In this document: piece by piece, positions 14,034 to 26,621 of the stretch
How the letters are laid out: the number at the start of each line of letters is the position of its first letter
Position numbering within the stretch: the stretch's first letter is position 1
Origin: Anolis carolinensis
Taxonomy: Eukaryota
Assembly: GCF_035594765.1 (NCBI RefSeq)
Contig: NC_085842.1
Span: forward strand, 118,123,036 to 118,187,035
Reading direction: 5' to 3'
Length of the DNA stretch: 64,000 nucleotides
Position numbers and translations under genes: made by a program
Notes under the pieces: model-generated
Database searches by the model: none
What the model saw: only the letters and a program-made list of their open reading frames with translations
What the model was told of the DNA's origin: nothing

Positions 14034-15176
14034 TGTCAAGGACAGAACGCCACAAGATCAAAGATAACAGAGTTTATTGGATTTACAGAACTCAAAATGC
14101 CCGTAAAAGACAAGGGCAAGGCAACTTTAGCCTTTAAAAACAAAAAGGGGCAAGAAAAACGTTCAAAAGATAAACCGGATTAAACCGGAGTTTAATCCGG
14201 GTAAAATCAAAACAGCTTGCTTCAGCCTGGGGATAAACAAACAGAAGCTGGGAAACAAAGAGTTCAAAAGAATGCAACTAATTGGCAGCAGATGCCTCTC
14301 TGCTGCCAGCACTATGTTTTGAGTAACTAGGAGTCACTCCTTCACACAGCAAGGCAAATTTCCAATACAAACTCAGCAGCCAAGGATTGAAGCAGTAGCG
14401 TAGTCCCAGTTCGTTCCGAAGGTCGAGAGGCAGAATCAGACGTTTGCAGTTTTCCAAGTCCAATAGGAGAAAGCGAGCCCGTAGTCAGTTTTCAGTCCGT
14501 AAATCCAGAGTAGCAGATGGCGTCCGTCAAGAAGACGACGGAAGGTCAAAGCTATTGAGATTAAGCAGAGGTTTTGCACAAACAAAAGCCCACACAATTC
14601 CTCCCGCCGTCTGAACCCAAATTCCAAAACAACTTACGTATCAGCACACGAAAACACACCAGTCTTCAGGAAAGCGTCCCACACAGATCCCAAGCGTTCG
14701 TCCAGATTACCTTGCCCAACGCAATTTGCAATTGCTCCCAAGCCTCATTTTATGCCAGTTACAAATCCTCATCACTATCAGCTGCCCTCCTTAACCCGGG
14801 CGTTTCCTCATCACTTTCCTCATCAGAGCTGGAACACCTCTGACTACGCCCCACAGCATCCCCAGCTGTGGATCCCGTCCCATCCCTCCAGCTTGTCCAT
14901 GGGTCTAATCCTGAAGGTCCCCAATCATCCTCCATCCCATCATTGCCAGTGGCACCCAACTCCTCCCTTACCCGAGTCCAATCCATCTCATCCTCTTCCG
15001 AGCTAACCAGCTCTTCCTCCATTCTCTCCGTGAACCCCTTAAAAGATTCTTCGTCAGATGGTTCTGCAAAGATATCTCGCAGCCTCTTTCTTTCTCGCTC
15101 CTCGAGAGTATCTGACTCTCGAGGAGTCTTACGTCCACGTCTGCCAGAAGCAGAGCCATGAGGCTCAATCATAACA
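14034..15176 (-). mobile_element. Solo LTR (1143 bp), probably Gypsy-type
   Basis: TG...CA termini (tgtca / ataaca), perfect 5-bp TSD CATTC (14029-14033, 15177-15181), minus-strand CATAAAA near 14750 and AATAAA near 14072. Confidence 0.9.
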
Positions 15177-15184
15177 CATTCTTT

Positions 15185-15600
15185 AAAAACCTTCTGTTGA
15201 ATAAAAGAGATTTAGCCTGCTGCTGGAAGGACAACAGGGAGGGCGCCCCTCTCACTTCTGCAGGAAGAGAGTCCCAGAGCCCAGGGGCAGCCAGCCACCA
15301 AGAACCAAGTTGCTGGAACTGAAGGACTTTTCAGAGCCCGGGTTGGCTCATATAGGGAGATACAACATGCCAAATCACCTGGCTGTGAGCTGAATAGGGT
15401 TTTATAGGTCATAACCAGTGCTTTGAACATTGGCAGCCAGTGGAGTTGTTGCAATAGGGGAGTTGTGTGCTCCCTGTAGCCAGCCCCAGCTGCAGCTGTT
15501 TGGACCAGCTGAATTTTCCTACATTCTTCAAAAGCATCCCTATGTAGAGCAAATCACAGTAATCCAAACAAGATGTTATTGATGTAATGACTAACTAAGG
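15185..15600 (-). mobile_element. L2 LINE ORF2 3' fragment
   Basis: QQLHWLP...FKALVMTYK motif, degenerate. Confidence 0.7.
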
Positions 15601-15922
15601 TATATACCACCATGGAGATGGCTCTTAAGGGTATGTGTATGTGTGTGTGTGTGAGAGAGATTATCACCCTAAAATATAGTGAAAACATATTAGAATCTAG
15701 AAATTTTTAGAAAGGATGTGGAATGGTTAAGTTTGAAAATACTGCAACTTCTAAAAACACACAGTTGCACTGACTCTAGTTTGTCCTTCCCCCAGCTATC
15801 TTAAACCATAATTTATTGGATGTAACCATATAATCTATTTAAACATTTAAAAGTTTGCTCATTATAAGAGTATGCTTATTCTATAAAGGCATTTTTAAAA
15901 GGACAGAAATGTAGTTTATTAA

Positions 15923-16005
15923 GGGCCCTTCTACATTGCCATATAATCCAGATAATCAGTTTAAAGCAGATAATCTGGATTTTATACAGCTGTGTAGAAG
16001 GGGTT
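15923..16005. mobile_element. Small palindromic PIF/Harbinger-like MITE
   Basis: TAA|gggcccttctaca...atccagata...tctggat...tgtagaagggg..|TAA; related palindrome at 12745-12880. Confidence 0.6.
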
Positions 16006-16273
16006 TAAGATGTAAGAAGTTAATTAATGTGTATACTTGAGGTCAGCAGTAGTCTCTAGCCTGTCAGGAAAACTAATCTGATGAACTGTGGCTATAGACA
16101 GCATATTAAACCATCTTTTATCAGACAAGACTCTCAAAATTCCTGGTAACCTAAGCATAGATGGTCAAATTAACAAAGTTATCATAAAATCTACTAAATT
16201 GTATTTGTCACCCTCTATTTCTGCTTTGTTCCTTAAGCTGGTATACCTTGAGATGAATGTCAACAATTTTGTA

Positions 16274-16628
16274 CAATTGGCCCACCACATTTGCGGATTT
16301 GACTTTTGTGGATTTGATTATTCACGGAATTTATTAAATGTTCTCTCTAGGAATCTTGGGATCCTTCAGTGTGGCATGTTCCTAGATGTTGACAGTAAAG
16401 TTATGCTGGAGGATCTAGAGATTCCAACAGATGACATATTTCTAAAAAATACCTAGGTCCTCCAGTGTGATTCTGTGGTTAGCTTCCAGAAGAAGTTGAC
16501 CATAAAGTCATGCTAGAAGACCTATAAACTCCCAAAGAGGTATTCTCGCAGGTTCAAAAAAAACTGTGCTTTTTCACATTTACAAGAGTCCCATGTCCCT
16601 AATTCCAGCAAATGTAGAGGGCAGGCTA
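16274..16628. mobile_element. Old Tigger-like MITE
   Basis: caattggcccaccacatttgcggattt ... aattccagcaaatgtagagggcagg, degenerate TIRs. Confidence 0.55.
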
Positions 16629-16897
16629 TAGTTGTTTGTACTTCCAGGAATTATATTCTAAAAATAAAACCATATAGAATGTAGAGTGAATGCTGAGTGT
16701 CTCCCATAAGTCCATAAGTAAATCCACAAGTAAAAATGTTTTGAAGGGTTTTCTCAGCATCCCAGGAAAGCAACAAAACCCACACTCTATTGATTATATA
16801 TGTGCCTGATGCAGAGCTGTCATTTTGAGTAACATAATAATAATAGCTGAAGTTGGTTAAAAAAAAGGGGGGGGGGTTGGCGATTGGCAAACATAGT

Positions 16898-17090
16898 TTT
16901 TGTTGTTGTTTATTCGTTCAGTCACTTCCGACTCTTCGTGACCTCACGGACCACCACACGCCAGAGCTTCCTGTCGGTCGTCACTGCCCCCAGTCCCTTC
17001 AAGATCAAGCCAGTCACTTCAAGGATACCATCCATCCATCTTGCCCTTGGTCGGCCTCTCATCCTTTTTCCTTCCATTTTCCCCAGCATA
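16898..17090 (-). mobile_element. RTE (BovB-like) LINE 3' end
   Basis: Near-identical to 61335-61515; GRPRARWMDGI motif and (CAA)n tail. Confidence 0.8.
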
Positions 17091-17313
17091 GCTTGGTAGT
17101 ATATTTATGGCAATTTTATGTATGTTTTGATATACCTGAGTGTATAAGGTCAAAAAATTAAGGTGACCACTTTATAATATGCATTATAGGCCAGTGGTTC
17201 ATAAATACAGATCCCTAGATGATCTTGAGTGAGTGGAATACAACTCTCAGAAGTCTTGATTCTTGCTCATGTTGGTTCAGATTTTGGGAGGTGAAGCCCA
17301 GCAACATCTAGGA

Positions 17314-18041
17314 CAGGGATCCTTAAACATTTTAAGTGGAGGGCCAATTCACAGTCTCTCAGACTGTTGGGCGGCCGGACTATGATGAAATAATCCACAA
17401 TGCGGATTGTTGTTGTTGTGTGCTTTTAAGTCATTTCAGACTTAGGTCAACCCTAAGTTTAAAGTTTAGGACAGAGGCCAGGTCAATGGCCTTGGAGGAC
17501 CTTAGTTTGGGGACCCCTGATCTAGACGATCTCATAAGACCATAGGAAAGCAAAGAGACCTCCAAAGACCTTCTAGATGGTCTCATAAGACCATCGGTAA
17601 GGAAAGGGACCCTCAAAGGCCATCTAGATGATCTCATCAGGTCATCAGAAGACCATAGATAAGGAAATGGACCTCAAAGACCATCTAGATGGTTTCATAA
17701 GACCATAGGTGAGGAAAGGGGCCCCCAAAAGCCATCTAGTTAATCTCATAAAACCATAGGTAAGGAAAGGGACCCCCAAAGGCCATCTAGATGGTCTCAT
17801 AGGACCATTGGTAAGGAAAGTGACCTCCAAAAGCCATCTAGATGGTCTCATAAGGCCGTAGCTAAGCAAAAAGACCTTCAAAGACCATCTAGATGATCTC
17901 ATAAGACCATAGGTAAGCAAAGAGACCTCCAAAGACCAGGTAGACTTAGGTCAACCCTAAGTCTAAAGTTTAGAACAGGGGCCAGGTCAATGACCTTGGA
18001 GGGCCGCATCCGGCCCACGGGCCTTAGTTTGGGGACCCCTG
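17314..18041. mobile_element. Non-autonomous hAT (Charlie-like) with duplicated right end
   Basis: Left TIR cagggatccttaaac; right TIR gtttggggacccctg twice (ends 17519 and 18041); TSD atctagga/atctaggg. Confidence 0.78.
17520..17937. repeat. Minisatellite, 8 units of 51 bp
   Basis: (a/t)tctag at 17520, 17571, 17622, 17683, 17734, 17785, 17836, 17887. Confidence 0.92.
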
Positions 18042-20027
18042 ATCTAGGGGTTGATGCTGGTGAACCACTGCACTTAGCAAATGTACAGATGCCAACAGGA
18101 GCAGCAGCAACAACACTATGTAGAATGTTTAAAGGGCTTCATAGGACCAAGCCACATGGTTCACATAGCACCTTATATAACTTTCTCCTATCTCAATAAC
18201 TCTTTCCTTCTCCTTCTTTCCAGGCAAAGGAGTTTCGTTCACTGAAGGGGTTACCAGGCTGTATAGCTGGCCTACCCCAATATCAGACAGTTTCTCCACT
18301 CCTAAGACCTACATGCCATAAAGTTCTATCTATAAAAAGCTACATCATGTAGACTCTTTAAGGTCAGGAATCCCAGTTGCACATACTGGTTTCTCTTTTG
18401 CAAAAAATCTGTGCACAGTGAGTGGGTGGATGAGAGCAGGAAAGAAGTGTGTTATCTCAGAAGAAGGGCAAACCCCTCAGCCCTGTTTCTTCTGCAATCC
18501 ATTTTACATGAACCATATGTGAAAGGGAAAGCACACATTTGGAATAAAATGAACTGTGGGAGGTTAGAATAAATGAGCAGAGAACTGGAGGGCGATGGTT
18601 AACCTTTTTACATCAGATTATTTTTTTGTTCAGGACCACCCCCATCCTCTCTTCTTCTTCCTCTTTAGAATTCCTTTTTCCACTAAAAGGTTGGAGTGAT
18701 TTTGAGGAATAACATAGCCCTGGGTAAAGGTTTAATTAGCACCATCATTAAGCTGAATCAAGATTCCAGATTCAATGGCTGCTTTGCCTTCGAAACAATG
18801 TATGTAAAAAAATTACTTGCAACTGTGTGTCACATACAGTTTGGCTTCCATCAGTCCACATCACAACCTATTAAGTAGCTATCATCATCTTTTCACAGTA
18901 ACTCCCCCTGGGTTTGTCTTCATATGAGTGGTAGAAATGGGAACAAGCAAAGTAAAAACACAACAAAATCATCTAATATGCAAAAATGAGGGTATACTTT
19001 ACATAAAATTATTAACGTAGAAGACCACTACTGATTTATCATGACTTCCAGGACCCTCAGTCATCAACTCTCAAGTTTTGCAAACTCAGGTCCCATGGCT
19101 TCACTGATTTAATCAATCCATCTATACTGTGTTTTACCTCTTTTCCTCTGCCTTCTACTTTAAAAATTGTGTTATTGTCTTGTCTAATGAGTCATCTTAT
19201 CTCATGATATGCTCACAGTACAACAGCCTCAGCTTAGTCATGGCTTAGTCTTGGAATTTAGGCTTGATTTGCCCTAAGATCCATTCATTATGTACCTTTG
19301 GCAATCCATGATAACTATTGAATTTCTGTCTATTATCTTCACTGTACAGCTTTCACAACCATACAAATAAATTGGAAATACAGTGAAGATTAGGACTTTG
19401 GTATTTAATAATACCACGGAGAAGATTATCAGTAATTAAAATCTCTCTTCTCTTCATCACAAGTTCCTTGTGAGTTCCTATATGTTATAGCCATATTACA
19501 AGCAGGGGACTAAGCCAATAGGTTGTCTCAGAATATGAGCCTTTATAAGTTTTTATAATTCAAAGCCACTTATGGAGCTTCAGTAAAATTGAAGGCAGTA
19601 AGAAAAGAGGAATATTGACCACAATATTTATTGAATCAGGTGGAACTGATTCAATAAAGGCCCTAAGTTTGCAGTTGATGACCCGAGTCCTTGGATGTCT
19701 GTCATTCATAAGGTCACCCCTAGCCAGTTGACTTGAGGACAAATGAAAACAGCAGATTGGGTTTTAGAACCCAGCCAAGAATATCCAATGAATTTCCTGG
19801 CTATTTACTCAGATCTGCAGTCTCTATAATACATGAGTTTTCTGCCAGTGACTTAAACAACAATCCTCTTTTGAATTAGATGAACATATACATTCTCATT
19901 TCTAAAATATAAGGAGCATACTACATGATTTTCTTTAGAATTGCCAAGGTAGAATAAGCCTGGTTTAGGTTTTAATAAGATCATATTGACCATAGCTCAT
20001 CTTTACACTTTCTTTACAGCTCCTAGC

Positions 20028-20231
20028 ATGGCAAATGACAACCCAGAAGAGCTCCTGGCCACAGAAGCTCCCGAGACTGACCAACATATATATGACCCAG
20101 TGGCCTGCCCTGACAAAGTGGAGCAGAATCAGCGACTGGCAGTTGAAGAGCTCATCAACACAGAGATTAGCTATGTACATAATCTTCAACTGTGCATTTC
20201 AGATATCTATAAACACCTCCAAAATAAGCAG
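20028..20231 (+). CDS. ARHGEF37: RhoGEF coding exon 1 (start of DH domain)
   Basis: Acceptor tttacag|c at 20019/20020, ATG 20028, [10 protein letters not shown]...[20 protein letters not shown] (DH conserved region 1), donor CAG|gtgaga, phase 0. Confidence 0.88.
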
Positions 20232-20921
20232 GTGAGAAAAAGAGAATTATATCTCAACATATTTATTTGGAAATAAATATTTAAAATCCAGCAATACATT
20301 TAAAAACCTCAGCAGGTTATCTTAAATTGTATAAACAGAAAGGCATTTGAGAGATGAAAAAAGTGAAACATTCAATATTTTTTTGAAATTCAAAGTTATT
20401 TGTTGGTAATACAGAGGGAAGACTGGACACAGAGATAATTTGACTGAATATAATCCATATGAGAAGAATTTGATAGTACATAATTCACAACCAGTTGTTA
20501 TAGTGTTCTGCAGTGCCTTCAGTAGGAACAGAGAATGCATTGATGTTCATAGATTTTCTTGGAGATTACTTTTGGATCTTGTTTCCATAATGTTTCTTCC
20601 ATAGTGTATAATTTCCAGAATCCTCAGACAATATGATCAGTGAATCCTGGAAATAGTTCAGAAAAGTAACTTTCAAAGCTCTGAATTCTTTTAGTAAGCA
20701 CTCAGTGGCTACTGACTCTTAATAGTTCTTCAGTTCTTTGCATTAATTATGTAATAACTTGATCTACTTCTCTGCATTCATAAAATCAGAAGGTGTTTGA
20801 GATAGTGTTTGAAGCAGAGTTGGAAGAGACTAATCATTATGCAAGTAACTTTCTGGTGAAAAATGGAGGCACATGCTTAGCACGGAGTAGGACATTGTGC
20901 ACAGACTATTGTGTTTTTCAG

Positions 20922-21045
20922 CTGCCCGAACTCAACCTGGAAGAACTGTTCTCAAATATTGATGATGTTCTACAAGTTTCCAAACATTTCCTACAAGGAC
21001 TTGAAGCTACAGTGAACCAGGAACACGATCAGCTTTTTCATATCA
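20922..21045 (+). CDS. ARHGEF37: RhoGEF coding exon 2 (DH)
   Basis: tttttcag|CTG; LPELNLEELFSNIDDVLQVSKHFLQGLE; donor A|gtgagt, phase 1. Confidence 0.92.
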
Positions 21046-21359
21046 GTGAGTGGGAAAATGCTAATAGCTAAGATCCTGAATCAATTAGGCAGAATATCAA
21101 GCCACAGGAGAGACTTCTGCTGTTTGTGGTGGAGAGGGAAGGAGGGGAGCAATTTTGTGATGAAGGTCATGGCTGGTCATGGCTGGTCATGGCTCAGGAG
21201 GAGAAAAACTAAAACAAAGGTGTACTTATACACTGTATCTTCCCGTCCCCTTCCCCTTGGAGCCCAGACTGGCTTCATATACACTGTCTAAATTGTCTAC
21301 TTCATCTCTTCCCTTATTACTGGCCACCAGCAATAGCTTTTGAATGGGAGTCAACCTGT

Positions 21360-22200
21360 GTTAAATAAGGTTACACACCCCTGAAAACACAGGTTCACAG
21401 TTTGTGGATACCCCTGGATACCCCTAGAGGCACAGGTATCAGCAGTAGCCAGGAGTGCTTTTACTCAGTTAAAGCTAGTGCGTCAACTGCACCTGTTCCT
21501 GGAGAAGTCAGATTTGGCCACTGTGGTAAATGCCTTGGTTACATTCCAGGTGGACTACTGTAATGCACTCTATATGGGGCTGCCTTTGAAAAGTGCTTGG
21601 AAACTTCAGTTGGTCCAAAGAGCAGCAGCTAGACTGCTAACGGGGCCTGGCTACAGGGAGCGTACAACTCCTCCATTGTGACAGCTCCACTAGTTTCTAA
21701 CACGTTTCTGAGCACAATTCAAAGTTTTGACCTACAAAGCCCTATATGGCTTTGGTCCAGGTTATCTGAAGGACTGTATCTCTTTCTATGAACTTGGGAG
21801 GCATCTACAATCTACTGGGGAGAGCCTTCTCTCGGTCTCAAGTGCGCTTGGTGCTAACACGGGAGAGGACCTTTTTGGTAGCTGCTCCCATGCTGTGGAA
21901 TTCCCTCCCAAAGGAGACCAAGATGGCCCATCCCTGCTGGCCTTCTGCAGGCAGGTCAAGACCTTCTTCTGCCAACAGACATTTGGGGAAGGCACACTCT
22001 TTGGGAAGGTTGGGTGGGATTGGGGGTGGGGTATCAGGTTTAAAGGCCATTTAGTGTATCTATTGTATTTTTTTTAACCACACTGTTACTATTTAATCAA
22101 TTTTTAACTTTTGTATTGCACTTCAGTTCAACTTGTCTAGTGTGGATTGTTGTGTATCCCTATGGGGAGAAAGTTGGGGTATAAATAAAGTTGTTGTTGC
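21360..22200 (+). mobile_element. L2 LINE 3' fragment
   Basis: DYCNALYMGLPLKSAWKLQLVQRAAARLLTG, frameshifted; tail ggggtataaataaa(gtt)n. Confidence 0.82.
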
Positions 22201-24837
22201 CGCCTTTAGCAGAAGAACATAATTACTTTGAAGACATTTGCATGGCTAAGAAGAAAACAAGTTTTGGCAATTTGTATCAAATTTTTTAAAAAAAACATTT
22301 GCAAAGTTATGGACAAGGAGAAGGTCATAGCAGAATTATTTGAAAGAATATTGTATATGCTAACTAAAAGGAGTACAATTTGTAAAACTGGATCAGAAAG
22401 CAGAGATTGGAAAGCTTTGAGGGTATGCAAAGGATGGAAGCCATAATCCAGCAGTGTTCAACTCATTTTCATCAGAGGCCACACCAGCCTTAGGGTTGCC
22501 TTCATAGTGCCATTGAATCCATGAACAGAGGGCTAACTATAATTTTTATAGATAATGGTCAGTGCCCTTTAGTTTTTATCTGGTTTAGATCCTCAGACAT
22601 AAATGGACAACAGCTACAAGCACTTTTGATTATCTGCCATGTGGACTGGGGATAATGGGAATTGCAAACCAACAGCACTTGTAGCTCTCAGGTTGGGACA
22701 TTTTAAAGTCAGCCATCCTATCCCCAAGCCTACTTCAGACTAAATATGGCTTCTTTGGGCATTTTTGAGGTCCTTCAGCATAGCTCTATGGTATTCTTGG
22801 GCCAGAGATCCTACAATAGGTTTTGCTGTTATCCATTGTTTTGCATATGACATGAAGATCAGGAGCTTATCCCGCACAGATTTGGAAGATCAAACTACAC
22901 AAAAGATTGTAACCTAGGCAACTAATATTTGAGCCATTGCTTGGTTTCTGATTTAGAATCCCTTCTGGTTCTACTGTCTTGCTTCCTTGTGGTCCTTGTT
23001 CCCAGGTCTTGAGTTGACTCTCATAATTCCTGAACATTAGACATACTACATGAGGTTACAGGAATTACGATTCATCAGCTACTATCTAGTAATGCATGTA
23101 TAGGAATGACTTGCATATATATGTTTCCACATAACGGGTCAGATGAATATTTAAATGATGTAATCACGTTGAAGTGACTGATAGCCCTCAGAGCTATCAG
23201 AGTTAGAATCAAGCCTTGAGGCTGAAATCAATTATTTTGGGGCAGGGTGAACATGTAATTAGACTTTGCCACATGATTGGGTCTTAAGTACTGTGCAGGA
23301 CTTAGTCATGCATGAATAAATTTCACAGAGTTGGGAGGCTATCTGAAAAGCCTCAGCAAGCAATGGTTTACTTTTCCCATCTAGTGAAAAGTCTTGTCAC
23401 TCCAGAAAACTAGAAAACTTATGTTGAGGAACAATGAGATACAAATATATCCCTGGACTCAACAAATGTGTAAAAGGGCTGGTTTTGCAAAGGGAAGGAG
23501 CTGGAATTAAAGCCTCTCACATGAACAGGAAGAGTGTATAAGAAATAGGGAAGCTAAAGAACAGGCAGTCTGGAAGGAGAAAAGTTGAAGTAAACACAGT
23601 ACTGAATTGACTATAGATGGAGAAAGAAGATAACATGGAAGGAAGAGCAGGTGGAAAAGTAGACTAATGCCTAGAAAAGCTATATTCTATGCAACTTCAA
23701 ACAAGTCATGGGCCATTTCCCTTTCCTACGCCTGCCAGTGGGCCATATAGTGTGCTTCAGCACACCCGAAGTAACATAATGTTATTTTTGGCTGCCATTT
23801 TGGCAAATTTTTAACCACTCCACCTACTTTTTTGGTCTGTTTTGGGGACTTGAAATGATAGAGGAGCAAACTGTTGCCTTTTGGGAGAATGGGATTATTT
23901 GGATGCAAGACGTTTGAGGGACTTCTGTGAGATCCTGGAGGCCATCTTAAGGGGCCTCAAAGGCTCCATGTGGCCTGTATTATTCACTTTGCCCACCTGC
24001 TCTATTGTCTATTGTTGTCGGTCGGGAAAGATAATGGTGAGGGAAAGTAACAAATCATACAATTGCAAAATTGCTTTATTAAGTTTTAGAATAGGGGTGG
24101 ACAACTTCCTAAATAGGAAAACAATATTGATATTACTGGTAGCTGTAGCTCCTGCTGTCACATTTTGTGCCTTCCATCTGTTTTTCTGTGTACACATAGA
24201 CACACTCAGTATCTGCTACCCATTGCAACTACTGTGTCACTAGCACATCAAAGGCAAAGTCCTCAATTTGCCTTTGAAAGAAGGCACACAGGGAAGGGTG
24301 TCTTTTAAAATAAAGTTGGAAAGTTTTCAGGGGTGCGAATCACCCTCCAAACACATTGTATACTTCCTGTTTTAAGGAAGGTGACAGATCTATTTCCTGC
24401 CATGACTGAAAAAATGGATAGCTTGCAAAAAGGTAGCTCATTGCCATATATTGCCCACCTGGATTTCGCCTGCAACAGGGAAATGCTTCCCATTGTTGCT
24501 TTTATTGTCACTTGTAAAATTGCAGGCCAGCAGCTCTGGGAGACTGCAATGCTCAATAAGCAGTGACTGGTAGTTAATCAACTCTTCCAAATTCTAGCCA
24601 CTAGTTAGTTTTTTAAAAATTTAATTAGCCAAATATTACTGCAGGTCTCAAATCTTTTCAGTAATGTGAACTTTCCCTCATATATTCCAGATAAATATGG
24701 AAGAAGAATTAATTGCAGAGGTTTGAGGAAAATCCTGTCATTATTGCTTTGATGGCCTTTGATATTTTTCATGGGCACCTGTCATGGAAATCTGACTGAA
24801 TCATTGATGTTATTGTCTTATAACTTGGCCACTGCAG

Positions 24838-24985
24838 GCACCTTATTCCAAGACTTCAAAGAAGAGATGGAAAATGTCTATAAAGTGTATTGTGCTAACT
24901 ATGATCAAGCTTTACTACTGCTGGAGATTTACAGGAAGAATCCAAGATTGCAAAAGGAGATTGTAGATACCCTTGTTTCCACAGT
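24838..24985 (+). CDS. ARHGEF37: RhoGEF coding exon 3 (DH)
   Basis: ctgcag|GC; [24 protein letters not shown]; donor GT|gtaagt, phase 2. Confidence 0.92.
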
Positions 24986-26332
24986 GTAAGTAGATTTCTT
25001 GATGATATCAACAATGGTGTGACTCAAACACTGAATGTGTTAACGCCTCCTAAAACTGGAAACTGCTGGATATTCTGTTTTTATTGACATGATTGACTCA
25101 GTTCAACATTGTTTGTGAATCAAATAAGAGGTTTAAGAAAATCAGAATGCTAAGTAAATAATAATGATCAGGAAATGGATTTTTTGGATTGAATATATAA
25201 TTCACTGTATTGTTTAAGAACACGCCATACTTTACCCTACTGATCTTACAACTACAATTATGTTATTGAATGAGTTCTTTGTAATTTGTAGAAGTCCATC
25301 CATCCATCCATCTAGTCTGTATGTATTCTTTTAATAATGAAATTATTACTTTTAAGTACTCCATTTAAGGCTGGTTAAATTGCTTATGATCATTCATGTA
25401 CACATATATTGTTGAAATATAAGAGTAAAAACTGAATGATGGATGAATGACTCTCTACCACGAGTGGCTGGTAATTTTGCTTCAGTTTAGTAATTTTTAA
25501 ATCAGAATTTCTAAAATTTACAAACAGAGTGTGGGCAAAAGTCTAGCAGAGAGATTTACCCATCTCTACTGTCTTCCTGCGCTTTGAAAGATATTCCTCA
25601 TGTCTTCTTTGCTGCTATCAAACATTAATCACTGCTGATGATTAATCTAAATGTGAAAAGAGATTATCCAGCCTGGATATACAAATGTCTGCTTTTACAG
25701 CCTATTCAAATGTATTTTTGGATGTATATTTTAAAAAAGAAGGAAAGCAGAAAATCGTGAGCCTTGCCTTTGTGCTAATGCTGCTGCAAAGCACCTACTC
25801 CTGAGCATCTGTGTTAGAGAAGAATCAGTCCCAGAAAGTGTTTGTTAGCTAAACAAACATGTCACTGTGCAATGAGGCAAGGCCTTCAATAAGTGGCTGA
25901 CAACATCTGTGTCACTCCATCATTTCAACTGACTGAGACACTTCTCTGTGTGACTGACCATAGAGGTGACAGTTTTCTTTTCCAAATAAGTAAGGAAACC
26001 AGACTGAGTAAATCTGCCAGTATCTGCATACATCATACAAGTTAATATCAGTTGTTTACTTTTGAATTTCAAGGAGTTTTACTATTTTAAGGTGTATGTT
26101 GAATGTGCAAAAACAAGGAGTGCTTGATCTTCCTGCTGTAGCAGATTATTGGTAGTTCCCATCATCCACAATGCACTCTACACCTGAATACCCATATTTG
26201 AAAACATCTAGTGCTAAATGGTCTTTTGGCTCTAGCTGTGCCCTTTTTCCAATATGCATGTTCCAGACAACTGCAGGTCAAATCCTGCTAGTTCTTGTCC
26301 ATCATAGTGGTACATAGTGATGATCATGACAA

Positions 26333-26470
26333 CAGAGGGGAGGAGAAGGGTTTTCTAAGTTCGCAAAGGACTACTTGGAGAACCATAGTTACAGGTAAGC
26401 AACTTTGTCTTGTTCGTAGTCTCCATAATTCATGATCACTGTGACTCACCTATATGGGAAATTAATCAGG
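26333..26470 (-). mobile_element. Degraded ICR remnant of an older DIRS element
   Basis: gttacaggtaagcaac at 26388-26403 identical to the DIRS right end, flanked by colinear similarity to the reverse-complemented ICR. Confidence 0.6.
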
Positions 26471-26534
26471 TAAGTGGAATTTCATGATGAGTTAGGTGTT
26501 TCTGAATGACAGGAAGTTCTGAGACCCTTTTAAT

Positions 26535-26535
<1 letters not shown>

Positions 26536-26600
<65 letters not shown>
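26536..26600. repeat. (ATCT)n microsatellite
   Basis: About 16 perfect units. Confidence 0.97.
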
Positions 26601-26621
26601 GTATGTATGTTTCTTGGACAG

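Noticed and set aside
14868-15161. Plus-strand Ser-rich ORF in the LTR
   Set aside because: Antisense shadow of the acidic minus-strand ORF; non-ATG start
17431-17932. ORFs with 17-aa periodicity and a CRISPR-like look
   Set aside because: 51-bp minisatellite with no unique spacers, no cas genes, eukaryotic context
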